A stretch of DNA of 64,000 nucleotides, from assembly GCA_963720665.1 (NCBI GenBank), contig CAVRGI010000014.1, positions 38,643 through 102,642 of the forward strand. Reading direction: 5' to 3'. Made by a program: the position numbers and the translations under genes. Shown one piece after another: positions 1 to 10,143 of the stretch. The DNA comes from an uncultured Solirubrobacterales bacterium (lineage in GTDB: Bacteria; Actinomycetota; Thermoleophilia; Solirubrobacterales; Solirubrobacteraceae). How positions within the stretch are numbered: position 1 is the first letter of the stretch; each line of letters begins with the position of its first letter. The notes beneath the pieces were generated by a model. That model did no database searches and had not been told where the DNA came from. It was given only the letters and a program-made list of their open reading frames with translations.

Positions 1-641
1 AACGCGAGGGACTGGTCGGCAAGCTCTGCCTGCCCTACACGATGCGCGGGCTTCTGCGCTGGCGCACCGGCGAATGGGAGGTTGCAGTCGAGCTGTTTCG
101 CCGCGCCCGCGAGCTCGCCGAGCAGGTCGGCTGGTCGGAGGTCGCCGTCAGCGCGCTGCTCGGGCTCGCCGCCGCGCAGCGCGACCGCGGCGACTTCGCC
201 GACGCCGAGGCGACGATCGCCGAGGCGCTCGACGTATGTGAGCGCGCCGGCCTGATCGGACAGTCGATCCAGGCGACCTCGATGCGCGCGCAGCTGCGCG
301 CGCTCGCCGGCGAGCATGCGCTTGCGCGAGAAGCCGCCGAGCAGGCCACCCTGCTGGTCGAGCGCGTTCACTACCCGCTCGCCGAAGCGACCGTGCTCGA
401 GGCGCGCGGCGTGACCGGCGAGCTCGCCGACGCGCCCGACCTGCTCGCGCGAGCGGGCGCCGCATGGGCGCGACTCGGCCGCCCGCTCGACGCGGCGCGC
501 TGCGAGCTGCTCCTCGGTCAGCGCCTGCACGACAGCGACCCCGCCGCCGCCGGCGAGGCGCTGGCCGCGGCCGCCGCGGCGTACGAGCGCGTCGAAGTCA
601 GGCATCTCGCCACGCTGGCGCGCGAGGTGATGGCCGCCTGA
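1..641 (+). CDS. TPR-like repeat protein, C-terminal fragment (5' end outside the window)
   Basis: The frame of ORF 42..641 stays open back to base 3. The translation is Ala/Leu/Glu-rich with helical-hairpin periodicity, like the TPR part of the regulator at 1615..4569. Confidence 0.55.
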   Translation, partial: REGLVGKLCLPYTMRGLLRWRTGEWEVAVELFRRARELAEQVGWSEVAVSALLGLAAAQRDRGDFADAEATIAEALDVCERAGLIGQSIQATSMRAQLRALAGEHALAREAAEQATLLVERVHYPLAEATVLEARGVTGELADAPDLLARAGAAWARLGRPLDAARCELLLGQRLHDSDPAAAGEALAAAAAAYERVEVRHLATLAREVMAA

Positions 642-785
642 GAGCAGGCGTCGCCGGCGCGGCGATGGCGCGCCCCGACGTAAGTACGCGTCTGAGGCGC
701 GCGGGTTTGCAAGTTTTCACAGTGATGCGCGTGTCCGGTCACAATCGTGTCTCGCGCGTCGCATTTGCTGCCTTAACTTGCTGGT

Positions 786-1241
786 GTGCACACGGCTCCC
801 GGCGCCGAACCCCCCGCGGGCGCTACGGCGTCCGGATCGGGCGCAGCGCGCGTCGAACCCCGGCGCGCGCTCGGGAGCCGTGGCGAGGCGCTCGCCGCCG
901 CTCACCTGAGCCGGCTCGGCTTCTCGATCGTCGCCCGCAACGAGCGCACCCGCTACGGCGAGATCGACCTGATCGCATTCGACGGGCGGACACTCGTGTT
1001 CGTCGAGGTAAAGAGCCGTCTGGTGCAGCCTTGGGCCGGATCCCCTCGCGACGATCAACAACCGCTGGCCCGGCTGCGTCCGCGGCAGCGCGCGCGACTG
1101 CGCCGGCTCGCTGTGGCGTGGCTGGCGGACGCCGGGCGCGTGCGTCCCACCGCCCACACGATCCGCTTCGACGCGATCGGAGTGATCCTCGACAGCGGAC
1201 ACGATCTCGTCCGACTCGACCACTTGGAGGGTGCGTGGTGA
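786..1241 (+). CDS. yraN: YraN family (UPF0102) endonuclease-like protein
   Basis: 151-aa ORF with a GTG start. It carries the motif GEALAAAHL...GFSIVARNERTRYGEIDLIAFDGRTLVFVEVKSR typical of YraN/UPF0102. Confidence 0.8.
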   Translation: MHTAPGAEPPAGATASGSGAARVEPRRALGSRGEALAAAHLSRLGFSIVARNERTRYGEIDLIAFDGRTLVFVEVKSRLVQPWAGSPRDDQQPLARLRPRQRARLRRLAVAWLADAGRVRPTAHTIRFDAIGVILDSGHDLVRLDHLEGAW

Positions 1242-1311
1242 ATGTGCGGCGCGCGGTAAAAGCGCCGTCTCGGAAGCGTGCTGTGGCGCCCGTGCCCCGG
1301 TACCGAACCCG

Positions 1312-1569
1312 CTAGGCGTACATCTCCGCGGAGACGCGATTGACCTCGACAACGACGTCGGCGGGAATGCCGACGCGCTTGGCGGCCGCGACGATCGTGT
1401 CTGGCGAGGGCGCTTCGTACAGGCAATACGAACGGCGTCGGTCGGCGCTGAGGAACGAGAACAGCCAGCGGACACCCTCGTCGGCGTTTACCTCCTCGAT
1501 CAGCTTCACGTCCTCGCTCGTCAGCTCGAGCTGCTCGGCGAACGCACGCTCGATCATGTATATCGGCAT
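1312..1569 (-). CDS. DUF4242 (SCO4226-like) small protein
   Basis: 85-aa ORF MPIYMIERAF...SYCLYEAPSPDTIVAAAKRVGIPADVVVEV, matching the DUF4242 family as I recall it. Confidence 0.6.
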   Translation of the reverse strand: MPIYMIERAFAEQLELTSEDVKLIEEVNADEGVRWLFSFLSADRRRSYCLYEAPSPDTIVAAAKRVGIPADVVVEVNRVSAEMYA

Positions 1570-1614
1570 CGATCAAATCCTAGCGACTCGCTGGGCGATC
1601 CGTTAGGCACTCGG

Positions 1615-4569
1615 TTAACGCTCGACCAGGCCGCGCCGGTAGGCGTAGGCCGTCGCCTCGGTGCGGTTTGAGCTGTCGGTCTTGCGGAGAATGCTGCGCA
1701 TGTGGTTGGCGGCTGTGTGTTCGCTGATGAACAGCGATGCCCCGATCTCGCGATTCGACAGGCCTCGCGCAACGAGGCGAAGCACGTCGAGCTCGCGCGC
1801 GGACAGACCGTCGGGCGGAGGCGGGCCCGGCCCAGAGGCAAACGCGCGGGCGCGCGCCTGCAGCGCGGGCATCCCGATCGCCTCAGCGAGAGCGACGGCC
1901 TCGGCGAGCAGCCGTTCGCCGTGAGCGACGTCTCCTCCGTCGAGCTGCAGGCGCGCGTACTCGTAGTTCGTGTGCGCGAGCCAGGTAGTCGCACCCATCC
2001 GCTCGTTGAGCTCCAGCGCCGACTCGAAATAGCGAGCGGCGGTATCGCGCTTACCGAGCGTCGCAGCGAGCATGCCCAGGTAGCGGTCCGCGGCGCCGTA
2101 GCAGGCAACACCGTGGCCGATCATCACGTTGGTGCCGGTCAGGGGCGCAAGTTGCGGGTAGACGAGCGCGGCGACCTCGCGGTGTCCGACGGCGCTCGCA
2201 GCGTCGGTCAGATACGTGAGCGACGCCAGCCACAGCCCTTCTCGCAGCCGCGCGAGGCCCTCCGCCTGAACGCGGTCGAGCTCGCCGCGGACCTGCTCGG
2301 GCGCGTCCAGCTCGGCGAGCGTCGCGGCTAGGCCAGGGCGCCATGCCGCGCCCTCGCGATCTCGCGACCCGAGGACGCGCATCACCGGCGCGAGCTCCGC
2401 AATCCGACCCTGCTCGCGACGAATGCCGAACATCTGGATCCCGTAGATACTCGACGCGTCTCGGCCGACGAGGTGCTCACCCAGTTCGCGCGAGCGCTCG
2501 GCGGCCGCCTCGGCTTCGTCGAGTCGACCCTCGAGCAGCGCCAGCGCGGATCGGTAGTGCTCGGCTACATGCAGGATGAACGGCTGACGCGTGTGTCTCG
2601 CCGCCTCGGAGGCGACCGCAAGCTCCTGGCGTGCATCGGCGATCTGACCGAGAGCCATCAGCGCGGAGACGCGCCACTCCGCGGCCTCGGCCTGGCCCTC
2701 GACATCTCCAAGCTCTTGCGCCAGGTCGCGCGCCTCGCCGAGCATCTGAAGCGCTTCTCGCAGGCTCGTCGTGGCCCGCGCCCAGTACACGCCCATCAGC
2801 GCGCTCGCCAGTCCGGGACGATCGTCGATGCGGCGCGCCATCGCTATGGCCTCCGCGCGCACGCCGGCGGCCGGGTCGGAGCTACCTTCGAACTCCAGCG
2901 CGCGGGCCAGACAGGCGAGCAGCCTGACGCGCAGCGGCGAATCCTCCGGGCCCAGCGCCGCAGACGCCTCCTCGAGCAGCGCGCGGGGCCCTTGATCGGC
3001 GTGTCCGGGACGCCAACAGGTCGTCTCGTAGCCGATCGCTGCGCGCGCAAGCAGCTCCCCCTCGCCGAGATCTCGCGCAATCTCCGCTGCCTGTCGAAAC
3101 GCCTGCAGCGAGTCGAGCGACCTTCCCGCGCGGAAGGTCGCCGTACCGAGGTCGAGCAGGGTCTCGGCGCGCTGGCGCGCGTCCTCGATTCCGATCTGCA
3201 GCGCGGTCCGCAGGCGCGCGGTCGCCTCGTCATAGGCCAGCGCGACGGATGCGGCCTGCGCCGCGAGCAGGTTGTACTTGACCGCTCGCACCGGCCCGGC
3301 AACCGGCGTGGCTTCGGCGAAATGGTGCGCGAGATCAGCCAGCACCGGCCCGCGCTCGAGCCCGCCAGCTGCCTCCAGCGCCAAGGCGAACCGCAGGTGC
3401 AGCTCCGCCCGGCGGACCGAGCTCAGCCGGTCGTACAGGGCACGCCGCACGAGCTCGTGGGTGAAGCGGTAGGCGAGCGTTTGCGAGGACAGCTCCTCGA
3501 CTACGCCGCTGCGCACCGCAGGTTCGAGGGCGTCGATCCGCTCGAACTCGACCGGCGCGGCGCGGCGCAAGATGTCGAGCTCGAACTCGGATCCCGCTAC
3601 GGCGGCCTGCTCGAGCAGATCGCGGGTCTGTGCATCCAGGCGTGTCAAGCGCTGGCTGACGACCTCGTGCACGCTGCGCGGCGTCGCGATCTCGCCGAGC
3701 GGCCGCTTCAAGCGGACGGTGCCGTGATCCACCGCAAGCGTCTGGGTCTCGGTCAGCGCACGCCAGAGCTCACACAACAGGAACGCGTTGCCCTCGGTCA
3801 GCTCGCGCATCTCGCGCGAGAGCGTCGGCTCGGCGGGATCGATCTCGCCACCGCTCGCGCGGCGTACGAAGTCCCCGATGTCCTCCTCGGTCAGGCCATC
3901 CAGGCGCAGGCGCACGACGTCATCGGAACGACGCAGGTCGGCGAGCGTGTCGGCAAGCTCCGCGGGCACGTCGGCGTCTGTGTCGCGGAACGTCGCGAGC
4001 ACGAGCACGCGCGCCTCGGTCGCCGTCCGCGCCAGGTGGCGCAGGAGGACCAAGGTCGGGGTGTCGGCCCAATGCTCATCCTCGAGCACGAGCAGCAGCG
4101 GCTGGCGGCGGCCGACGCTGGTCAGGAGGTCGCTGATCGAGGTATGCAGGCGATGACGCTCCGTGTCCGGGTCGGCGCTGATCGGTGCCGGCAGCCCGGG
4201 CAGACGGGCGGGGAGGTCGGGCACGAGTCGCGCAAGCTCGCCCCCGGCGCTGCCGAGGTCTTCGCGCAGCAACTCCGGCTCGATGGATCGGGCGAGCTGG
4301 GCGAGCACCTCGACGAACGGGCGGTACGGGGTCTGCACGACCGCGTCGCAGGCGCCGTAGAGCACGAGCACGCCTTCCGAGGCGACCTCGTGAGCTAGCT
4401 CGCGGACCGTGCGGCTCTTGCCCGAGCCTGCCTCGCCCCCGATCAGGGCGACGCGACCACGCTCGCCCAATTCGCGCGGCACCAACGCCCGCAGGGTGGC
4501 GAGCTCGCTCGAGCGGCCGACGAACGGGGAGGAGGGAGGAAGTCGTAGGGGGCCGGGGAGCGCAGACAT
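1615..4569 (-). CDS. Large ATP-binding LuxR-family (LAL/MalT-like) transcriptional regulator
   Basis: 984 aa. It has an N-terminal Walker A (GGEAGSGKS) and Walker B (LLLVLEDEHWAD), a long TPR-like middle region, and a C-terminal LuxR HTH (LSARELDVLRLVARGLSNREIGASLFISEHTAANHMRSIL). Confidence 0.85.
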   Translation of the reverse strand: MSALPGPLRLPPSSPFVGRSSELATLRALVPRELGERGRVALIGGEAGSGKSRTVRELAHEVASEGVLVLYGACDAVVQTPYRPFVEVLAQLARSIEPELLREDLGSAGGELARLVPDLPARLPGLPAPISADPDTERHRLHTSISDLLTSVGRRQPLLLVLEDEHWADTPTLVLLRHLARTATEARVLVLATFRDTDADVPAELADTLADLRRSDDVVRLRLDGLTEEDIGDFVRRASGGEIDPAEPTLSREMRELTEGNAFLLCELWRALTETQTLAVDHGTVRLKRPLGEIATPRSVHEVVSQRLTRLDAQTRDLLEQAAVAGSEFELDILRRAAPVEFERIDALEPAVRSGVVEELSSQTLAYRFTHELVRRALYDRLSSVRRAELHLRFALALEAAGGLERGPVLADLAHHFAEATPVAGPVRAVKYNLLAAQAASVALAYDEATARLRTALQIGIEDARQRAETLLDLGTATFRAGRSLDSLQAFRQAAEIARDLGEGELLARAAIGYETTCWRPGHADQGPRALLEEASAALGPEDSPLRVRLLACLARALEFEGSSDPAAGVRAEAIAMARRIDDRPGLASALMGVYWARATTSLREALQMLGEARDLAQELGDVEGQAEAAEWRVSALMALGQIADARQELAVASEAARHTRQPFILHVAEHYRSALALLEGRLDEAEAAAERSRELGEHLVGRDASSIYGIQMFGIRREQGRIAELAPVMRVLGSRDREGAAWRPGLAATLAELDAPEQVRGELDRVQAEGLARLREGLWLASLTYLTDAASAVGHREVAALVYPQLAPLTGTNVMIGHGVACYGAADRYLGMLAATLGKRDTAARYFESALELNERMGATTWLAHTNYEYARLQLDGGDVAHGERLLAEAVALAEAIGMPALQARARAFASGPGPPPPDGLSARELDVLRLVARGLSNREIGASLFISEHTAANHMRSILRKTDSSNRTEATAYAYRRGLVER

Positions 4570-4725
4570 GACGAAGCACGTGTCGAGTAGTCAGATCTGA
4601 TTATCGCTCCCGACATGCCGGGTTCTGATCTGCTCCCCAACTGTGTCAATCCATGTCATGACAACGGGCGCGGGCTCGCGTAGCTTCGTCACTGGGCACG
4701 TGCAGACGGCACCGGCCCTCAACGG

Positions 4726-6150
4726 ATGAGCGACAAGCAGGAGGCAGACATGAGCACCACGATCACGGCAGCAGATGCGGCGCGAACAGAGCTCAGGGGG
4801 AAGTTCTCCGGCGAGCTCGTCGGCCCCACCGACCCAGGCTATGACCAGGCCCGCGCGGTCTTCAACGCGATGATCGATCGCCGCCCGGCGCTGATCGCCC
4901 GCTGCGCGAGCACCGAGGACGTAGCCGAGACGATCGCCTTCGCGCGCCGGCACGAGCTGCTGCTGGCCGTGCGCGGTGGCGGGCACAACGGCGGCGGATT
5001 GGGGGTCTGCGACGACGGTGTCGTGCTCGATCTCTCGCTGCTGCGCGCAGTCGAGGTCGATCCGGACGCCCGCACCGTTCGCGCGGGCGGCGGGTCCACC
5101 TGGGGCGAGGTCGATGCGGCGACCCACGAGGTCGGTCTGGCGACACCCTCGGGAATCATCTCGACGACCGGCGTCGGCGGCCTGGCGCTCGGAGGCGGGA
5201 TCGGCCATCTGGCGCGCAAGTACGGGCTCACGATCGACAACTTGATCGAGGCCGAGGTCGTGCTCACCGACGGAACTCTCGCGCGCGCGAGCGCCGACGA
5301 GAACCCCGAGCTGTTCTGGGCGCTGCGCGGCGGCGGCGGCAATTTCGGCGTCGTCACGTCGTTCCAGTTCCGGGCCCACCCGGTCTCCACCGTGCTCGCC
5401 GGACCGACGTTCTGGCCGATCGAGCAAACGCCCGAGGTGATGCGCTTCTACCGCGAGTTCCTGCCCGCCGCGCCGCGCGAGCTGAACGGGTTCTTCGCGA
5501 CCATGACCGTGCCGCCCGCGGACTTCCTGCCCGCGGATCTGCACCTGCGCAAAGTCTGCGCCGTGATGTGGTGCTACACGGGTGCGGAGGACGCCGCCGA
5601 GGAGCTGTTCGCTCCCGCGCAACAGATCGGTACACCGCTGCTGCACGGCGTCGCACCGACGCCGTTCCCGGCACTTCAGAGCCTGTTTGACGGGTTCTAC
5701 TCCCCGGGTCTGCAGTGGTACTGGCGCGCCGACTTCGTGCGGCAACTGCCCGACGAGGCGATCGCGGCCCATACCCAGTTCGCCGAGAAGCTGCCGACGC
5801 TGCACTCGGCGATGCACCTCTACCCGATCGACGGCGCCGTGCAGGACGTTGCCAATAGCGACACTCCGTTCAGCTACCGCGACGTGAACTGGGCCGAGGT
5901 GATCGTCGGCGTCGACCCGGATCCCGCAAACGCCGGCGTCATCCGCGACTGGACCGTCGACTACTGGGAGGCCACGCATCCCCACTCGGCCGGTGGCGCG
6001 TACGTCAACTTCATGATGGACGAGGGGCACGCGCGCGTGCGCGCAACCTACCGCGACAACTACGACCGACTGGCCGCGGCGAAGGCGACCTACGATCCGG
6101 CGAACGTGTGTCGCGTCAACCAGAACGTCGAGCCCCGGCAAGCAGCGTGA
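4726..6150 (+). CDS. FAD-linked oxidoreductase (PCMH-type FAD-binding domain with BBE-like C-terminus)
   Basis: 474-aa ORF with AVRGGGHNGGG and ALRGGGGNFGVVT motifs. A second ATG at 4750 follows a GGAGG (4740-4744) and is the more likely start. Confidence 0.85.
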   Translation: MSDKQEADMSTTITAADAARTELRGKFSGELVGPTDPGYDQARAVFNAMIDRRPALIARCASTEDVAETIAFARRHELLLAVRGGGHNGGGLGVCDDGVVLDLSLLRAVEVDPDARTVRAGGGSTWGEVDAATHEVGLATPSGIISTTGVGGLALGGGIGHLARKYGLTIDNLIEAEVVLTDGTLARASADENPELFWALRGGGGNFGVVTSFQFRAHPVSTVLAGPTFWPIEQTPEVMRFYREFLPAAPRELNGFFATMTVPPADFLPADLHLRKVCAVMWCYTGAEDAAEELFAPAQQIGTPLLHGVAPTPFPALQSLFDGFYSPGLQWYWRADFVRQLPDEAIAAHTQFAEKLPTLHSAMHLYPIDGAVQDVANSDTPFSYRDVNWAEVIVGVDPDPANAGVIRDWTVDYWEATHPHSAGGAYVNFMMDEGHARVRATYRDNYDRLAAAKATYDPANVCRVNQNVEPRQAA

Positions 6151-6160
6151 TCGCTTGCCG

Positions 6161-6958
6161 TTAGAGCGTCAACTGCTGATAGGCCAAGGACTGGAACGAC
6201 AGGCGGTGCAGCGGCGAGACGCCCCGGCGCGCGATCGCCTGGCGGTGGTCGGGGGTGGAGTAGCCGACGTGCTCCGCGAACCCCCACCCGGGGTGCTCAG
6301 TGTCGGCGTGGCGCATGTAGCGATCGCGGGTGACCTTGGCGACGATCGAGGCCGCCGCAATCGCGGCGCTGGTCGCATCGCCGTCGACGATCGCCCGCTG
6401 CGGACGCTCGAACTCCGGCACGCAGAAGCCGTCGAGCAGACACAGCACCTCGCCGGGCAAGCCCGCGGTGACCCCGCGGATCGCGTCGCGCAACGCGGCG
6501 AGATTGGTGTTGTGCAGGCCCCGCTCGTCGATGCCGCGCACGCAGCGCGAGACGACCACCACCCGCGCGGCGCTCGCGAGCACCAGCGGGTAGAGCTCCT
6601 CGCGGGCCGGCGCGCTGTGTTGCTTGGAGTCGTTCAGCGCGCCGAGCGCGGTGAGCTCCCGCCGCCCGAGCGCGGCGTAGTCGAACAGGACGCCCGCGGC
6701 AACCAGCGGTCCCGCCAAGCTTCCGCGCCCGGCCTCGTCCGCACCTGCAACCAGCGGCGTGCCGAGGCGCCGGTCAAACGCGAACAGGCGGCGCCCGGCG
6801 GCGCGCGCGCGCTTGCGCCGACGCCGCTCCCGCGCGGAGCGGGCGGCTGGCCTAGAAGAACCCGACCCGGCTGAGCGGCCAGTACGTGAAGAACGCTTCT
6901 CCGATGATCCACCCGGTGGGGACGGGTCCCCAGAACCTGCTGTCATCGGATTCGCCAC
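6161..6958 (-). CDS. rnhB: Ribonuclease HII
   Basis: GADEAGRGSLAGPLVAAGV and NDSKQ motifs, in the conserved rplS-lepB-rnhB order. The start is uncertain: the only ATG codons (6946, 6958) overlap lepB by about 100 nt (see findings). Confidence 0.8.
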   Translation of the reverse strand: MANPMTAGSGDPSPPGGSSEKRSSRTGRSAGSGSSRPAARSARERRRRKRARAAGRRLFAFDRRLGTPLVAGADEAGRGSLAGPLVAAGVLFDYAALGRRELTALGALNDSKQHSAPAREELYPLVLASAARVVVVSRCVRGIDERGLHNTNLAALRDAIRGVTAGLPGEVLCLLDGFCVPEFERPQRAIVDGDATSAAIAAASIVAKVTRDRYMRHADTEHPGWGFAEHVGYSTPDHRQAIARRGVSPLHRLSFQSLAYQQLTL

Positions 6959-7514
6959 GGTTGTCCCCCATCATGAACCAGTGCCCGGCGGGAATGCGGA
7001 TTGGCACCGGGAAGTTGCACTCCGGGCTCGCGCCGCACTGGCGGATGTACGAGTCGGCCTCGCGCTTGCCGTTGCGGGTCACGTGACCTTCGCGGATCGA
7101 GATCACGTCGCCGGGGCCCCCGACGACGCGCTTGATGAAGTTTTCGCTCGCCTCCTTGGGGACCGGCTGTGTGCAGGCCGCGCCCCCTAGTTTGACCGTG
7201 TGCGGGACGGGGCCGCACTGCTCCTGTTTGGCCCCTTCCGGCGGATGGAAAACCGCTATCTCGCCGACGTGGGGATCGCTGAAGTGGGTGCCGATCCGGT
7301 CGACCAGCACGCGCTGGCCGATCGCGAGCGTTGGTTCCATCGAACCGCTCGGGATCTTGTACGGCTTGACGATGAATGCCTGGATCAGGAGCGCCAGACC
7401 GAGCGCGATCGCGACGATCATGACGAGCTCGACGACCGAGCCTTTCATCGTTTTCGAGCGCTTCTTCGGGCCAGGCTGCTGCTTGGCGCCGGGCTTCTTG
7501 GCGCGGGCGCTCAC
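6852..7514 (-). CDS. lepB: Signal peptidase I
   Basis: 220 aa with an N-terminal TM helix, a SGSMEPTL catalytic Ser box and a [14 protein letters not shown] box. It has a 4-nt overlap with the rplS stop. Confidence 0.9.
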   Translation of the reverse strand: MSARAKKPGAKQQPGPKKRSKTMKGSVVELVMIVAIALGLALLIQAFIVKPYKIPSGSMEPTLAIGQRVLVDRIGTHFSDPHVGEIAVFHPPEGAKQEQCGPVPHTVKLGGAACTQPVPKEASENFIKRVVGGPGDVISIREGHVTRNGKREADSYIRQCGASPECNFPVPIRIPAGHWFMMGDNRGESDDSRFWGPVPTGWIIGEAFFTYWPLSRVGFF

Positions 7515-8284
7515 GGCGGCGGGTCGCCGGCCCCGTCGCCCCCCGGCGAATCGCCGGCGCCGGAAGACGGGGGATCGTCGCTCGCTGCCTCGGCCTCGCC
7601 GCCCGCCTCCCCTGCGGAACGCGCGGACGCTTCGATCTCGCCGCTCGGACCGGCCTCGGCGCCGTCGCTGTCGCCCGCCGCTTCCTCGCCATCCGACGGT
7701 CCGCCATCGCCCCCAGCAGAAGCCTCGCCCGCGTCATCGCCCGCGGCCGCAGCCTGCTGCGCATCGCCCCCGGTCTGCGCTGGGGCACCTTGCGCCTCGG
7801 CGCCCGCCTGAGCGCCGTCGGCTTCTGCTCCCTCGCCATGGGCTCCCTCGACGACCGTGTCCTCCGCGGTCTGGCCCTCCGCATCGGTCGCCCCGTCGGG
7901 CTCGTGCAACAGGCCCGGCTCGACCGTCTCCTCGGGGCCGATGTAGCGGCGCTCGCGCACGCGCGCGCGCTTGCCGACGCGATCGCGCAGGTAGTACAGC
8001 TTGGCGCGGCGCACGTCGCCGCGCGCGGCCACCTCGATGCGCTCGATCTTCGGCGAGTGCACCGGGAACATGCGCTCGACGCCGACGCCGAACGATTGCT
8101 TGCGCACAGTGAACGTCTCGCGCACGCCATGTCCTTGACGCTTGATCACGACCCCCTCGAACACCTGCACGCGGCGGCGCGAGCCCTCGATCACCTGGAA
8201 GTGGACCTTGACCCGATCGCCGGGCGCGAATTCGGGGACGCGGCGCAACTGCGCGCGCTCGATGGTGTCGATGACGCTGCTCAT
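7511..8284 (-). CDS. rplS: 50S ribosomal protein L19 with a long acidic C-terminal extension
   Basis: From the ATG at 8284: [47 protein letters not shown]... is canonical L19 for about 113 aa. About 144 aa of Ala/Gly/Glu/Asp-rich sequence follow. Confidence 0.85.
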   Translation of the reverse strand: MSSVIDTIERAQLRRVPEFAPGDRVKVHFQVIEGSRRRVQVFEGVVIKRQGHGVRETFTVRKQSFGVGVERMFPVHSPKIERIEVAARGDVRRAKLYYLRDRVGKRARVRERRYIGPEETVEPGLLHEPDGATDAEGQTAEDTVVEGAHGEGAEADGAQAGAEAQGAPAQTGGDAQQAAAAGDDAGEASAGGDGGPSDGEEAAGDSDGAEAGPSGEIEASARSAGEAGGEAEAASDDPPSSGAGDSPGGDGAGDPPP

Positions 8285-8464
8285 AGCGGACGGGGTAGAG
8301 GCGCGCTGAAAGACCGCTGCCAACCCTTCAGAGCGGGCGGCCGACGCGGTCAGCATGGTAGCGGACATTCGCCAAGCTTCGCCTCACCGAACGCGCGTAT
8401 CCAAGCGCCGCGTGCGCGGCTGTGGCGATGCGCGACCGCCTCCCGCGGGCGCTGCGGATGACCG

Positions 8465-9133
8465 CTAGGCGCGTTCGGCGCTGCGTTCGCGCCGCCAGCG
8501 TTCGATACGCAGATGATGCCCCGAGAGCAGAACCTCGGGAACGCGCCAGCCACGATACTCGGCTGGGCGCGTGTACTGCGGGTACTCGAGGCCGCCTTCC
8601 AGCGCCGGGCTGAACGACTCCTGAACCGCCGATCGCTCGTCGCCCAGGGCGCCCGGCAGCTTGCGCAGCACGGTGTCGCATACGACCATCGCCGCCAGCT
8701 CGCCGCCGGCCAGGACGTAGCGTCCGATCGAGATCTGCTCGCCGGCGAGATGCTCCACGATCCGCTCGTCAAAGCCCTCGTAGCGCCCGCACAACAGCGT
8801 CAGCGCGGGCTCAGACGCGAGCTCGCGCGCGAGGGCGTCGTCGAGCAGCCGTCCCCCCGGGGTCAGCGCGATCACGCGGCGCTGCTCGCGCAGCCGCAGC
8901 GAGTCGAGCCCGTAGTGGCCCTGCAGGGCGCTGTCGAGCACGTCGACGCGCAGCACCATGCCGGCGCCACCGCCGAACGGCGTGTCATCGACCTGGCCGG
9001 CGCTGAGTGGAGTGTGGTCGCGAAAGTTGACGCACTCGATTCGCGTTCCGCGGGCCAGCGCGTTGCGCACGTGCCGCTGCTCGAAAAACCAGCCGAACCA
9101 ACCCGGGAACAGCGTGAATATGTCGATCTGCAC
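8465..9133 (-). CDS. trmD: tRNA (guanine37-N1)-methyltransferase
   Basis: 222 aa with a GTG start. It resembles TrmD throughout ([31 protein letters not shown]) and sits next to rplS. Confidence 0.95.
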   Translation of the reverse strand: MQIDIFTLFPGWFGWFFEQRHVRNALARGTRIECVNFRDHTPLSAGQVDDTPFGGGAGMVLRVDVLDSALQGHYGLDSLRLREQRRVIALTPGGRLLDDALARELASEPALTLLCGRYEGFDERIVEHLAGEQISIGRYVLAGGELAAMVVCDTVLRKLPGALGDERSAVQESFSPALEGGLEYPQYTRPAEYRGWRVPEVLLSGHHLRIERWRRERSAERA

Positions 9134-9394
9134 GTCTACAGGCGTTGGGAAGTAAATCGAATTAGCCCTGCTGTGGAGCGACCATTGTGAGCGATCAAGC
9201 CCCCGGGTTCGGCCAGACGGCGCTCGCGCCGTAGACGCCTCGGCCGAAGCACGCAGCCCAGCGCCTCAGCGCGGCCCACCGTGGCATCGCAGACCGCTGT
9301 CATGGTCGCGATCCGGTCGAGCGCTTAGGCTCTTCTTCTTGCTGTTCCATTCGGTACCTCGCCTTGCTGGTCGTTAGGGTTAGGATGCGCGCGG

Positions 9395-10114
9395 GTGAGC
9401 GAGATGCCGACGAACGCGGGGTCCACGTCGAACGTAGAGGGCGCCGTGGATCGCTGGTCTGCGGGCCTGGATGAGGAGACGGAGTTCTGGTTTCGCTGGC
9501 TGCGCGACCACGGCGAACCGTGGCCCGACGTCTATCGGCAACGCACGAATTCGCGCTCTCCGCTGCAGCCACATATCCGCCGCCACGTTCGCGCGCTGCC
9601 GGGGTCCCGAGTGCGCATCCTCGACGTCGGCTCGGGGCCGATGACGGCGCTCGGCAAGCGCTGGTCGCTGCGCCGCGTGCGGATCATCGCGGTCGATCCG
9701 TTGGCAGACCGGTACGCCGAGTTGTACGAGCGCACTGGTTTCGAGCCGCTCGTGCGGCCCATTCGGGGTGAGGCCGAGCACCTCGCCGGAATGTTTCCGG
9801 CCGACTCGTTTGACCTGGTCTACGCGCAGAACTGCATTGACCACGGCTACGACCCGCTGCGATCGATCCGGCAGATGCTGACCGTCGTGCGCCGCGGCCA
9901 CACAGTGTTGCTTGAGCACGCCATCGATGAGGGCGAGTTCATGAAGTACGCCGGGCCCCACCAGTGGAACTTCCGTGCCGAGGACGATCGGTTGGTGATC
10001 TGGCGTCCGGGGCTGCGCGTTGACGCGCACGCCGAGCTCGAACCACTGGCGGACCTCGAGCTGGATTCTCGGCAGGACATTCGCTGGCTGACGGTGGCGT
10101 TGCGCAAGCACTAG
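9395..10114 (+). CDS. Class I SAM-dependent methyltransferase
   Basis: 239 aa with SAM motif I (RILDVGSGPMTALG) and an acidic post-I/motif II pattern. It is on the opposite strand to all its neighbours. GTG 9395 or ATG 9404 could be the start. Confidence 0.75.
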   Translation: MSEMPTNAGSTSNVEGAVDRWSAGLDEETEFWFRWLRDHGEPWPDVYRQRTNSRSPLQPHIRRHVRALPGSRVRILDVGSGPMTALGKRWSLRRVRIIAVDPLADRYAELYERTGFEPLVRPIRGEAEHLAGMFPADSFDLVYAQNCIDHGYDPLRSIRQMLTVVRRGHTVLLEHAIDEGEFMKYAGPHQWNFRAEDDRLVIWRPGLRVDAHAELEPLADLELDSRQDIRWLTVALRKH

Positions 10115-10143
10115 CGGCGCGAGCGCGGTCTCGATCGCGCCGC
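10114..10143. terminator. Hairpin between the convergent methyltransferase and rimM genes (possible bidirectional terminator)
   Basis: GCGGCGCGA (10114-10122) is perfectly complementary to TCGCGCCGC (10135-10143), giving a 9-bp stem and 12-nt loop. There is no clear U tract. Confidence 0.3.

Noticed and set aside
9300-9572. A minus-strand 90-aa ORF in the trmD upstream spacer, as a possible small gene.
   Set aside because: It is mostly antisense to the methyltransferase 5' end, has low-complexity Arg/Ser/Pro composition and no motifs.
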